Shown: positions 12,827 to 31,552 of the stretch, in pieces
How the letters are laid out: every line of letters starts with the position of its first letter
Numbering within the stretch: the first letter of the stretch is position 1
Source of the DNA: Phaeosaccion multiseriatum
Lineage: Eukaryota; Protista; Ochrophyta, other classes
Length of the DNA stretch: 64,000 nucleotides
Assembly (NCBI GenBank): GCA_965112735.1
Contig: OZ218958.1
Location: 1,798,001-1,862,000, forward strand
Reading direction: 5' to 3'
Made by a program: the position numbers and the translations under genes
Notes under the pieces: generated by a model
What the model saw: the letters and a program-made list of their open reading frames with translations, nothing else
Told to the model about the DNA's origin: nothing
The model's database searches: none

Positions 12827-14328
12827 TCAGCCCATCTCCTCCGCCATGCTCTCCCACGTCTCGCTCCCCACACTCCAGGGCCTCTCCAGCGGCAGGATTC
12901 CGCTCTCCTTACCGAAGGTCGGATCAGTCCTTCGCATGAGGTCCAGCGCGGTTTGGGACTGGAAGAAGGCTGCTGCCGCCTCCATAAGTCGCTGCTCGAT
13001 GTCCCGCCCGAGCTGCCACCGCCGTGCCCCAGCCAAGGCCTTGTCCACCGAAGCATCGGCCGAGAGGAGCTGCCGCGCAGTGCCGTCGTGGTCTGTGAAG
13101 ATGGCAGCAAAGAGAGGAGTCATACCGTTTGATGCCGTGGTATCAATGGGGGATCCCGCAGAGATGAGACGAGCGACGATGGCCTCGTGCCCATTCTGCG
13201 CGGCAAGGTAGAGGGGTGAACAGCCATTGTTGTTTGCCCGTTTGCCCACACGTGCGCCCGCAGAGAGAAGCTTCTCCACCACGGCGTCGTGCCCTTCCTG
13301 ACAGGCAATGTGAAGAGGAGTGACACCGTGGACGTCAGCCTTGTCGATGATGGCGTGGGCCCTGATGAGCTGCTGTACCATGTCCGCATGCCCATATCGC
13401 GATGCCATCAGCATCGGAGTTCTCCCGAGATTATCTGCGTGGTTCACATCCGCTTGGGCTGAGATGAGGTGCCTTACAACAGAGCTATGTCCGTTCTGAG
13501 AGGCAATCCAAATCGGAGAAAGCCCCTTCTTGTCGGCCAAGTCGACACTAGCGCGCGCCGAGAGCAGCTGCTGCACTGTCGTGGAGTGCCCCTTTTCTGA
13601 TGCAATAATCAAGGGAGTAAGTCCTCTGCCACCCGCTTGGTCGACAGGGGCTCCAATGTCCAACAGCCGCCTCACCACCTGATCGTGTCCGTTGCCGCTA
13701 GCGGATATCAATGGCGTGCTTCCAACGGGTCCATCTCGGGTGCTGAAGGAGGCCCCTTCCCGCAGCAGAAGATCTATGACATCCAGCCGACGGTATATTG
13801 CAGCCACATGCACAGCGGTAAGTCCTTCTTCGTTGATAGGCTGATCCAAACTCGCTTTGCCATGTTTGGCGATGAGCTTGGTAACCAGCGCTTCCACAGT
13901 GGGGAAGCTCTCCCATCTGTCCAGGGCCTGCCCCAGCTGCCGCGCCTGGTGTTGTTGAGGGAAACAAGAATGGGGGGGAGAGACGCATTTCATAGGCTAT
14001 AAGGGATCAGCAGGAAGCTGCTCACTGCTTCGATACGTGAGCATCCCACCGCAGCCATCGTATCCACAAAACACTCCCTCGCTCTGCTCTCTTCGAAACA
14101 CAAGAGTCCATTTGTTTTCTCAAAAGCGGGGGGAGAGGCGCATACACCGGATTAAAAGGGATCAACGGAGAGCTTTCCACTTCGTCGACAAGTGAGCATC
14201 CCACCGCAGCTATCGTATCCGCAGCAGGACCCCTCGCCTTGCTCTACGCTTTCCAAAGAACACCTTCTCACAGGAGGGCGCTAGGTCGTAGGTCGTACCT
14301 CGGGCGTTAGCGTTGCCTGCTGCGCCAT
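12827..14328 (-). CDS. Ankyrin-repeat protein, copy 3 (intact, about 382 aa, 8 repeats plus caps)
   Basis: Exon 1 (14328-14299, MAQQATLTPE) joins exon 2 (13945-12827) in phase 0. There are eight G-x-T/S-P/A-L-x-x-A-x-x-x-G-H type repeats. No signal peptide or TM segment is visible. Confidence 0.92.
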
Positions 14329-14564
14329 GGTGAGTAAGCGGCCCCTCCCTTGAGAGGGTAGTGCTGACAAGGGGGCTACAGAAGGCCCTCTCCCTGCTGC
14401 GCCTGCTGTGCAGTAGTCGGTCGCTCTGCCTATCACAGTGCTCCCCCGCTCTCTGATTGTAAGTTTATGGAGGCCTCTGAAGGCATTGGGAAAGTGATCC
14501 GATTTCACAGATACCGATCCCAGGGGGGGGGGGCGTCATGCCCCTCCAAACTTACCACCAACTT

Positions 14565-14774
14565 TCGAGCGACTAGAAGGGGGAGCTCTACTACTAGGCG
14601 GGGACAGACGACTCGGCCTACCAGCGCACGTCCTCGGATGAAGGGGGAAGACGAGAAGACCCAGGGGGGGGTAGGGGTGAGCAGGTATGGAAGGAAGGAA
14701 ATGGCAAGAAATGAAAGTTAAGGGCTGAAGGCTGAAAGACGGCGGCTTTTGTCAAGGTCGAGTGGGGGTGGAGG
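14565..14774 (+). pseudogene. Remnant of exon 3 and following intron of the decayed plus-strand gene
   Basis: GGCGGGGACAGACGACTCGGCCT...GGGTGAGCAGGTA matches about 2945-3150 and 9620-9822, but is more diverged than those two are from each other. Confidence 0.75.
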
Positions 14775-15412
14775 CCCTTGGCTACACGTATCTGCCTGCA
14801 GGAAATGCCCGCCGCCCGCACTCCGATGAGAGAGAGGCTGGGCTGGGCTGGGCTGGGCTGGGCTGGGCTGGGGGCATATCCTTCGGCCACTGGCAGGCAA
14901 ACAGGCAGGCAGGCGTATGGGTAGGAAGACAGGCAGGGAGGCAGGCGGGTAAGCAGGCAGGCTCGGATGCGAGAAGGGATTGAGCCCACCCGTTACTCTC
15001 AGAACCTTTCGAAGAGTACTCTTTTGTTCTCTCTGCACGGATTCATTCCACGGAAATGGCGGAAGAAAAGCTTCCGTAGTATGCTTTTGCTTAGTATTGC
15101 TTGGTCCATCTCGTCTCTCTCTCTCTCTCTGTCCGTATGTGTGTGTGTGTTGATGTATGTGCATGTGTGTGCGTGCGCTGAGTGCGTCCATGACAGCCAT
15201 GGCAGTCGGCCAGTCAATCAGCCTGTCAACAAGTCAATCAGCCAGTCAAGCAGTCAGCCAGTCAGCCAGACAATCACTCAGTCAATCACTTTGTCAATCA
15301 ATCAGTCAGTCAGTGAGGCAGTCAGTCAGTCAGCCATCCAATCAGTTCATGCATTCAATGAGTCAGTCAGTCAGTCAGTCAGTCAGTCATTCCGTCGACC
15401 ATCTCTCTGCTG

Positions 15413-22173
<6,761 letters not shown>

Positions 22174-22612
22174 TGTTTCTCTCAATTACTGTGCTCGGCT
22201 TTCACTCCGCCCCGCGAATGCTCTCCTCTGATGATGACGCGGCCTTTACCCTCCCTTTTCGCCCATTCTTGTTTGTGACCATGTGATGTTCTCGCTGGTT
22301 CAGTCTCGGAGCTTTCCCGCCGGCAGTAGCAGCACGAGGGTGAGTGCAAGACCAGCTATTTTTGAAGAGGGAGAGGGTGGAGGTTGGGCGATATTGGGCC
22401 GATCGATTTTGGCGTTTCGACGGAAGTCAGCAAATATACGATAGTAAGTCACTGGAAGATGGCCCGGCATCTGTGAGTAGGTCAGTTGGAGCTCCACTGG
22501 AAATTTTCCCTCAGGACTCTCTAAACACATACGGAGGCAGGGTTGGTCCTGCAGCTGAGAGGCTGGAGTACGCAGATGATAACTCGGAGAACAGCACTGC
22601 AGCTCCTGTTCC

Positions 22613-25600
22613 ATGGGGCATCGTAAGTTAGCAAGGGCCTGGGTGCTGGCGTTTTTAATTGCCACTGGCCTCCTCTGTGGAGCGAGAGCCCAGGAGGAGC
22701 TCTCTTGCGAGTCTGTCGTGGGGAATAATTCTGCTGTGGTCTCCTTCTCACTATCATCGTCACTGAGCTGCACCAATCAGACGACCCTCACCGTGCCAAC
22801 GAACACGGCAGTGAGCCTCTCCGTCACCTCAGACGCGACCCTACAGAGGTTGAGGTTTGAAGTGGAAGGAGACGGCGCATCACTGACCATCCAGAGTGAA
22901 GGAGGGCACTTGCTGAATTTGGCAAACAACGAGGTGGGTCGATGGGTAGCTAAACAACAAGAAGCGGCGCTGTAAATTAAAGTTCATGTTTCTCACTCAG
23001 CTACTTTCTGCTTTCCTTTCTCCGTGTTCCTCGCTTTACGGATACTTCGCCTCGACCTTTTCCCCCAAAAGGCTATGCGTACGAACCACTCACAGCTCTC
23101 GCCTGTCCTCTCGCATTTGTTGACCAAAGCATTTGTTGTTGTTGCTCTGCTGGTGGTTGTCTCGTGCTTTCCAACTTGACAACAGGGAGGGGCGATAGAG
23201 GTGAACAGAGGTGGTTCTCTGACCGTCTCCAGCGATGTGCTGTTCTCTGGAAACATGGACGAATGGTCTGGCGGGGCCGTTTATATCTACAACGGCACCG
23301 CCTCCTTCACGGGTGACAGCACCTCCTTTGAAGGGAACTCAGCGAAGAACGGCGGGGCCATCCGATTGGTGTACAGCACCACAACCTTCTCCGGGAGGAG
23401 TGTCTCCTTTACCGGCAACACTGCAACCAGCCTTAGAGGAAAGGGCGGAGCTCTCCATGTAGAGCGGAGTAACGTTTCTTTCTCCGGTCAGAGCGCCACC
23501 TTCTCAGACAATGCCGCTTTGGTGAGTGAGTGAGTGAGTCGATACCAAGACGTCGAGCTTTCGTGCGCAACGCCTGTCTGCCTGTCTGCCTGCCTGTCTG
23601 TCTGCCTGCCTGCCTGTCTGTCTTCCTGCCTGTCTGCCTTCCTGCCTGTCTGCCTTCCTGCCTATCTGCCTTTCTGTCTGCCTGTCTGCCTGCCTGTCTG
23701 CCTGTCTGTCTGCCTGCCTGTCTGCTTGCTGTGGACCTGCCCAGTAGCCTGCTTCTCGTCCTTCGGCCACTGGTCTAACCTGCCACTCTCGCCCTCGCCT
23801 CTTTTGCTGTATGCATCCCCTCATGTATGCGTACCTCTCCTTTTGTCCAATCGGCGGCTGGGGCTCTGGTCATCGCGGTTTGCGTCTCTGTGTGCCCCAT
23901 AGCTGTATGTAAGTGCCGTAAGGAGGAGTTGTCTCTCTCATCTCGCTACCCTTGCTCCGTCAACGGGGCCAGTCCAAGGGTTCTCTAGAGCCGCGGCTCT
24001 CTCCGTGTAGCGAAGAGAGGGGGGGGGGCATGCTTACCACGCCAAGCTGTGGTTGGGGCGCATTCGCTAACCACAGACCAGAGGCTTGTGTGCTGCACAC
24101 TGCATTTGCGTACTCCCTCACCGAGGTGGTGCCGTGTCGCTTGTGTCTTGTGCTTCCCTTCTTATCCGTGACTCCAGGGCGGGGCTATCGCCATCTTTCC
24201 CGAAAGTAGAGTTACTGTGTCCACCGAAGACGTGTCGTTCTCCGCTAACTCTGCTGAGGTGAGACCATGCCAAAAGGAAGTCGCCTGGGAGACTTTCGTT
24301 CGCATCGCCGTAGACCTCTGCCTGTCTGCCTGTCTGTCTGTCTATCTGTCTGTCCGTCCGTCCGTCTGTCTGTCCGTCTGTCCGTCTGTCTATCCGTCTG
24401 TCTGTCTGTCTATCTGTCCGTCTGTCTATCCGTCTGTCTGTCTGTCTGTCGTGTGACCTGCCCTGTGCCGTGCTGCTCGTCCTTCCCGTCGCCGCACACT
24501 GATCTGTTGTCATTCTGCGCCCCTTTCCTTGCACGGTTTTTGTCGACGATGATTGAACTTCTGGGGCTACCTACGTGCGGTGGGTGTACCCAGCTGGACG
24601 TAAGTGTCGGCTGATCGTCACCCTTGCTCCGTCGACGAAGCCTTGCAATCTTTCAATCTTTAGACGTGCAGCTAAACGAGAGACTCATGCTTACCTTTTT
24701 TTTACCCGACCACTGACCCTCTCCTTCCCCTGGTTGGGCGTATGGTTGAGTTGCTGCTTACCGACGTCACCCCTTTCTCTCTGCCACATGGACAGGGCGG
24801 GGCGGTGTATGTGGAGGACAGCAGCATCTCGTTCTTGGGTCAGAGCGTTTCGTTTGAACGCAACGAAGTTTCGTTGGTCAGTGGATACAAAGCGCTTTAA
24901 CCTCGACCTCTGCATGTCTGCCCATGTGCCTCTGTGCCAGTATGCCTGTCTGCCTGTCTGTCTGTGTGTCTGTCTGCCGGCCTACCTACCTGCCTGCGTG
25001 CCTGACCTTCTGTCGTGTTACCTGCCCTCTGCCCTGCTCGTCCTTTCTGCCGCCCGCCTCTTGTCATACTTCACTACCCTTTGTGTGTGTCATATCAATG
25101 CCCCTGTCACCATTCATTGACGCTTCCATCCACTGCCATCCTTCCTTCCTCTTATCCATCGATTTGTCCACTGCCTTCGGGGCTGCAGGATGAGGTATGT
25201 TTGATTGTTACCTTGCTCAGTCAGTCAACGGGGCCGAGCTTCCCCCCACAACAATGCTTACTCAACTGTACGCCGTGAGAAGACTCCGCAGCGTGTGTGT
25301 ACTGATTGAGCCGCTGCGCATGTATCACCAACTGCTGCTGCTGCTGCTCCGCTTCTGTGTGTTCTTTCTGCCTCACTGACATGATAGGGCGTCGTCATTT
25401 CTATGGTCGGTACCCCAGCTACCACCGCATCAACGTCAACCGTCGTATACTCCGGAAACACAAACGATTTGGAATCGGGCGGGGCGATGTATCTATACCG
25501 CAGAGGCAGTGCCTTCTTTTCGAGTGAGAGAGTTTCCTTCAGAGGAAACACAGCGGAGAGTGGTGGTGCTATACAACTCCAAGATTACAGCAACTTAACC

Positions 25601-28600
25601 TTCTTGGGTCACAACGTTTCGTTTTCTGAAAATGTCGCTGAGGTGAGTGAGTCGATTTTGTGTCGATATCAAGGAAGTGAGTCAATCCTGATATCAAATT
25701 TAGGGCGCGTGAGGAGTGACGGTGCGCAGCGCCTTAGATGAGTATCGGACTGCTTTATTGTCACTTTTTGTAGTGTAGAGCAGTAGGAAATTCTCTCGCT
25801 CTCCCTGTCTGCCCACCTGCCTGTCTACCTGCCTGCCTACCCATATGCCTGCCTAACTGCCTCCTAGCCCATATGCCTGCCTGCCTGTCCCTCTGTCTGC
25901 CTGCCTGTCTGCCTGCCTGCCTGTCTGCCTGCCTGCCTGTTTGTCTGCCTGCCTGCCTGCCTGCCGTGTGACCTGCCCTGCGCCTTGCTCTCTCGCATCC
26001 CTCCCTCCACCTACACTCTGACCTGCTCTCACGCCCTCGCCTCTTTTGCGGTATATCATCGTACTGCTCCTCTTTCCGCTCCATGACTGGGCTGCTCGGG
26101 CTGCATGCGGCTTATCCAGATTGATGTAAGTGCTTGCCTCAGTACTCACCCCCTCGGTCGGGCGCAAGGGGCATGATTGGGCATGATTGGGTGGTTGAGA
26201 GGCTGCTTTCTCCCTCCAACCCACCCCGCCCATCCTGAGAGCTCACTCAGGTCTTACGGCTTTCTTCCTGGACCTCAAGACAATGCTGTGTACCTTCCTT
26301 GCCATCAAATGAATGAATGGCTCCTCGAAATGCTCAACCCTATCTAATCAAGCTGCTGCTGCTGCCAAATGCTCTGCTTGCTGCTGCTGCTGTTGGGCTT
26401 CTCCTGTTACTTTCTGCCACACACCACAAGGGAGGGGCCATCGCCCTCTTGCGCAGCTGCACTGCCACCTTCGCGGGAGGCACTTTGTTCACTGGGAATG
26501 TTGCGGTAGGTGTTCGTTACAGAACGGGTTATGCAACCTTACGCCGAGTAGTGATACACCCTTGTTAGCACTCGAGTGGTGATTTTTGTCTCTCATCTTG
26601 ATCATCACACATTGCTTTTCCTTCCTTTCACACATCTTACTTACGTATGCTTCGTAAGGTAGCACGTCATGGGACGGGCCACCAAGCTGCCTACACACTC
26701 ACTTACACGCACACACGGCTGTCTCGCGATTCTCAACACCAACTTGCTGCTTTGCCTGGTCCCCAGGGGGGCGAGGGAGGAGCCATCTATGCTTACCCTA
26801 TCGTGGACGGTTTCTTGGCCTTCGGCAGCAGCGGCGGCGCAAGGACAACCTTTGTTGGTAACACGGCGGACCTCAACGGTGGCGCCATGGCCGTGGGGGT
26901 TGCTCTCAACAGCACTCTCACCCTCTCCAATTTGGACTTTGTTGCCAACACCGCGGAACAGAATGGTGGCGCCATGGTCCTTCTGGGGGTGGTGTATGAC
27001 GACTCTGTGGAGGAGAGAGCGCCGAATCTGACGATTATTCAGAAGGCCAGGCTTGTCGACTGCACCTTTACCGACAATGTGGCACAGAGGGGGGACGGCG
27101 GTGCTCTGTACCGGGAGGTGGACAATGCCTTCTTCTTGGGAGCAAGAGATACGTTCTTTTCTCTCGACGTCGCAGAGGGCGTGTTTGACACGGTGCTGGA
27201 CACCACAACCTTTTCCAACAATCGCGCGGGAGGGAGAGGAGGTGCTGTCTTCTTGGACGACCCGAGTGTGTTTATCGGAGACGTGCCGCAGAGCGAGGTG
27301 TCTGTGAGAGCCTTTCTTGTGGACAACCAATTTCTTCGCAATTCGGCCCGGGGGGGGCAGGGCGGTGCATTGTATGTGAGGGCGAGGCAGCGCCTCTCCG
27401 GCGTCGTTACGGAATCCCGGGCGGTAACAACGGTCGTTAACACCCTTTTTGAGCGTAACGAGGCGCCACTCAGTGACGGGGGCGCCGTGACGGTGCTGGG
27501 GCTGACGGACTTTCATGTGAGAAACACGTCCTTCGTGGCAAATGCAGCAGGGGATCGAGGAGGAGCCATCAGAGTGGAGATGGGAGACGATGTCCTGACG
27601 TTGACGATTGACGAGTCGGTATTCAGAGATAACGAAGCGGCTCAAGACGGTGGTGCGGTGATGATAGCGGACCCTCAGACCGAGATGAGGGTGGCCAATT
27701 GCACCTTCTCTTCCAACACTGCCGGTGGTGTAGGGGGGGGCGTCTTTCTAACAGAACGTTCCAGGGCAAGCGTCGCGCGGAGCAGCTTTCGAGACAACCG
27801 CGCAGCGAGCGGGGCATGCCTGTATGCTTCTGAAGGCGTTACTGTCACGGTCGGATTCGGCTCGAGCTTCGTTGAGAACGTCGCCTCTTCCCGGGGGGCG
27901 GCTCTGGGGGGAGTCACGACAGTTGCCAATGTCAGCTTGAGTGAGGACTGCACCTTCGAGGGCAACACGGCATCTTGCTGCACCCCTCCTGCCCAGGCGG
28001 ACGGAAAGCCGAGGTGGGTAGTGTCTGGAGGAGAGGGAGGAGGAGGAGGAGGAGGAGGAGGAGGAGGAGGAGGAGGAGGAGGAGGAGGAGGAGGAGGAGG
28101 AGGAGGAGGAGGAGGAGGAGGAGGGGGAGGAGGAGGAGGAGGCAGGGAGGAGCAATTCCGGTGCCCTGATGTGGACTTTGGCAGCGACGTGGTGGACTGC
28201 TGCGGCAACCAAGAGTACTTTGAAGACAGCAGGGCCTACGAATGCACACCATGCGGGGAGGGCTTTGCATGTGCCACTCCCTGTCTCAATGCCTCGTCGT
28301 CATCATGTGTTGACCGCTTGGGCGCCTTGAAGTCGGACCTTGAGCTCACGCCGGGCTTTTGGCGTCCTCGGTCCGAGGAGGATCTTGATGTGCGAGAGTG
28401 TCTCGAGGAGACAGCATGCAAGGGTGGCGCCACCCCAGGCCAGTATTGCGCCCCTGGCTTTCAGGGCCCCTTATGTGCAGTCTGTGCCCCCGGCTACGCG
28501 CAAGGTGTGGCATTCGCGTGTCACCGCTGCAACGAGGGGCTGCGCAAGGGGGCGTTGGCAGCAACTGTGGTCGTCCTCCTCTTGCTCGTTTTGCTCTACG

Positions 28601-30874
28601 CGCTCTTCACTGCCCATCTCTGGGGGTGCCTGTCCAGCAGTAGCGGGTGGGGCAGCAAGCTCCAGGCGCTAATCGATGGTGTCGTACCTCCAGCACTGAG
28701 AAGTAAGCTGGCAAAGGTAAGGTGGCGCCGCCTGAGGACTCCTCTGGTCATGTACCAAATCATCTCGTCTTTTGTGGAGGTCACCGAGTCGAGGCTTCCG
28801 ACGGCCTACACAGGGTTCCTCAACGTCTTTTCGTTCCTGACGTTGGACGTAGGAAGGTTCCTCTCAGCGGGGTGCGTCGGTGACTTTGACTTTTACGACC
28901 GCCTACGTATAATGACTCTGGGACCCGTTTTTGTGATGGGGGTCCTGGCTTTGAATCGGGCGGCCTTGGTCAAGCGCCAAGACATGCGCTTGTTCCTTGG
29001 TGGCGGCAGGGAGAGGGTGGGAGGAAGCAACGAGGCCGTCAGCCAGACAAGGTCCGGTATGCCAGCCGATGAAGACGACAGGGAGGCCGTAGCAGCAGAA
29101 GTTGGTACGGTAAAGCGTCGCCAGCATGGAGCGAGGCCGATGGCGGCGGCACCCATCAGCAGCGTCGGTACTGCGATTCGGGGGTGGAGAAAGGAGGAGA
29201 GAATACCACCAGGGCACAGCGAGAGTACCTTCGCGACCAACAACAACGATCAGGACAGCTTGGCGGAGGGGGGGGGGGGGGGGGTCGACGGCGGGGGGAA
29301 GGGGGAGGAGGAGAAGGAGGAGGAGGAGAAGGAGGAGGAGAACGATGAGGAGGAGGAGGAGGAGGAGGAAGAGGAGGAGCAGCAGGAGGAGGAGGAGGAG
29401 GAGGCGATGATGGTCACAGACCCGGCCAACACGCTGATGTACTTGATGCTTCTCTTCTCCTTCGTCATCTACTCCACCGTCTCCACGACGGTATTCCAAA
29501 CCTTCGCCTGCGACAATGGGGCAGAGGACGGCGAATCATACCTCATAGCCGACTACAGCATCTCGTGTGGCACGCCCAGGCACACCAGGTATCGCATATA
29601 CGCGGCCTTGATGATCCTCGTCTATCCAGTGGGGATTCCTTTGACTTATATATGGCGGCTGAGGGGGTCGCAGGGGGCCATTGCGCGCAAGAGGGGGGAA
29701 GAAGATGAGCAGCAAGCAGCAAATGAGCAAGCCGAGGAGCCTCCCCTCCTTACTAATGACGGAGATGCCAGGGGGGGGGGCGGGACAGTGGTGCCAGCAG
29801 CAGCAGCAGCAGCAGCAGTAGCGGCAGCTGCAAGCACAGAACGGAGTGCGGTGCCCGTGGATGAGTTCGAGGAGAGCCGTGTGTACAAGAGAGTCATGGC
29901 GAACGAGTTCCTATGGACCTCTTACAAGACCAGCCACTACTACTATGAGGTAGTAGAGTGTGCCCGACGCATGCTGCTCACAGGTTGGTGACGACACGGA
30001 AGAGGGTGGTGGAGGGGAGGGAGTTCAGAGCATGATGTCACGCCCTTCTTCTTTGTGTGCCATACACAGGTTTGCTATAGCTTGGGCTCAAGCTTGCTCC
30101 AGCTAGTTCCAGTTGTCTTGTGAAGTTGTGTTTTCCTCCGTTTGTCTCTCGTCTTGCTTGCTCCCACTCACTTGCTCGCTCGCTCGCTGGCTTGCTCACC
30201 CAACTATCAACAGGTGCTCTTGTGTTCATCCTTCCCAACACGGCTGGGCAGGCAGCGGTGGCGTGCACGTTTGCCGTCTTGTCTTTGGCAGTATTCACAG
30301 TCCTCTCTCCCATGTGGAACAACTCGGAGAGCATCATGTACATTATCAGGTGTGTTGTATAGACATGTTAGAGGCATACGGGCAAGGGCAGGGGCAAGGG
30401 GACGGCAGGGAGGGGCACAGGGAGGAGACCGCTCCAGACAAAAGGGAGGTGAAACTGATGACCGATGCTCTTCCTCGTACATTGTACTTTCGTCTCTCTC
30501 GCCCCTCCCTCAGCAACTGCATCATCTTCGGGACCATGTTTTCAGCGTTAATCATCAACGCCGACTTCTCCGACGAGAGAGACACGAGCCAAAGATACAT
30601 TGGGTATCTTCTCATCTTTCTCAACGTGCTTGTGCTCACGGCCACGTTCGGCTTCTTGGGTAGGCAGGTGTATAGCGAGTGGAGACATTGGAAGAAGATT
30701 CCATCCACTCCTCCTTCTACACCTTCTTCGAAGAAGAAGACAGCTTCCGACGATGTGCCCGCAGCGACGAATACGTCTGACTCAGACTTGGGACGGAATC
30801 TTGATGATGAGCACAACACCTGGGAGCGGGTGGTCGCAGCCTCGGTGGAAGCTCGGCGCAGGAGTATCGGCTAG
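22613..30874 (+). CDS. Polymorphic-membrane-protein (GGAI/FxxN) repeat, Cys-rich, multi-pass membrane protein
   Basis: Exons 22613-22933, 23186-23521, 24178-24258, 24796-24876, 25388-25642, 26431-26505, 26767-29983, 30214-30349 and 30514-30874 join in frame. The product has a signal peptide, many GGA(I/V/M)...FxxNxA repeats and the Cys-rich segment GFWRP...YCAPGFQGPLCAVC. The TM domain contains FQTFACD, YLIADYSISC and YYYEVVECARRMLLTG, typical of algal/protist PMP-like receptors. Confidence 0.9.
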
Positions 30875-31552
30875 ATCAAAGTGGACGGCAGCAGCCAGTG
30901 CGGCGGCCTTGGCACGCCTTGGCATCCAACGGGAGCGACTGGTGGTGGTGGTGGGGGTGGTGGTGGATTGGGTGGTGGTGGATTGGGTGGTGGCAGAGTG
31001 CTATTAAAGCACTCAGGAGCTATGGTGGTAGAAAATCTTAAGAAAGGTAAGACTCAGGAGCTGGGGTGGTAGGAGTGATACTGAAGTAGCACTCCGGGGA
31101 GCTGTGGTGGTACATGGAAGTGCGAGCCACAGCAAGAAAGGAACTCAGGAGCTGTAGTGTGATCAGTGTGAAACAGGTGGAGTGCTATGCTAGTAAGGTA
31201 GGAGTACTACAAGAAACAAAGCACTGGAGTGGTGGTGGTAGTGATCACAGTTTGAAAAAATGATAAAAGGGCGAGGGGCTGAAGGGCTCGTATTCTTGCT
31301 ATCCTTTATTGCCTCTCTTCCCTCCCTCCCTGCTGCAGCGGCGGGCGGCTGCCCCGTCTTCCTTGGCCCCGCCTTGTTAAAACCCAACACACCTCCACTG
31401 ATCCCATCCTCACCACAAAATATACACACGCGCACACACACTGAAAGGTCGATTTGCGAAATAGAGGGTCGATTTGTGAAATAGAGGGTCGAGGCTCAAC
31501 CGTTCACAAAATCCTCACTTTCGTTGTGAGAGAGAAGAGGGAGCAAGTAGCG

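Larger units (their letters stand above)
1..14774. repeat. Tandem segmental duplication: units 1-6696, 6697-13155 and an internally deleted partial unit 13156-14774
   Basis: CCGCAGAGATGAGACGAGCGACGA recurs at 1, 6697 and 13156 (periods 6696 and 6459). Collinear similarity spans coding, intronic and intergenic sequence. The array is open at the left window edge. Confidence 0.95.

Noticed and set aside
12712-12829. Selenocysteine or read-through at the ankyrin TGA
   Set aside because: The downstream frame has a second TGA in copy 2 and no SECIS-like element was identifiable.
1-13155. Tandem units as a pure assembly artefact
   Set aside because: The three copies differ by many structured substitutions, indels and intron variants, more than a duplicated read or two alleles would explain.
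1-14328. Diversity-generating retroelement acting on the ankyrin genes
   Set aside because: There is no reverse transcriptase or template repeat in the window. Differences involve all four bases and third codon positions rather than adenine-specific changes.
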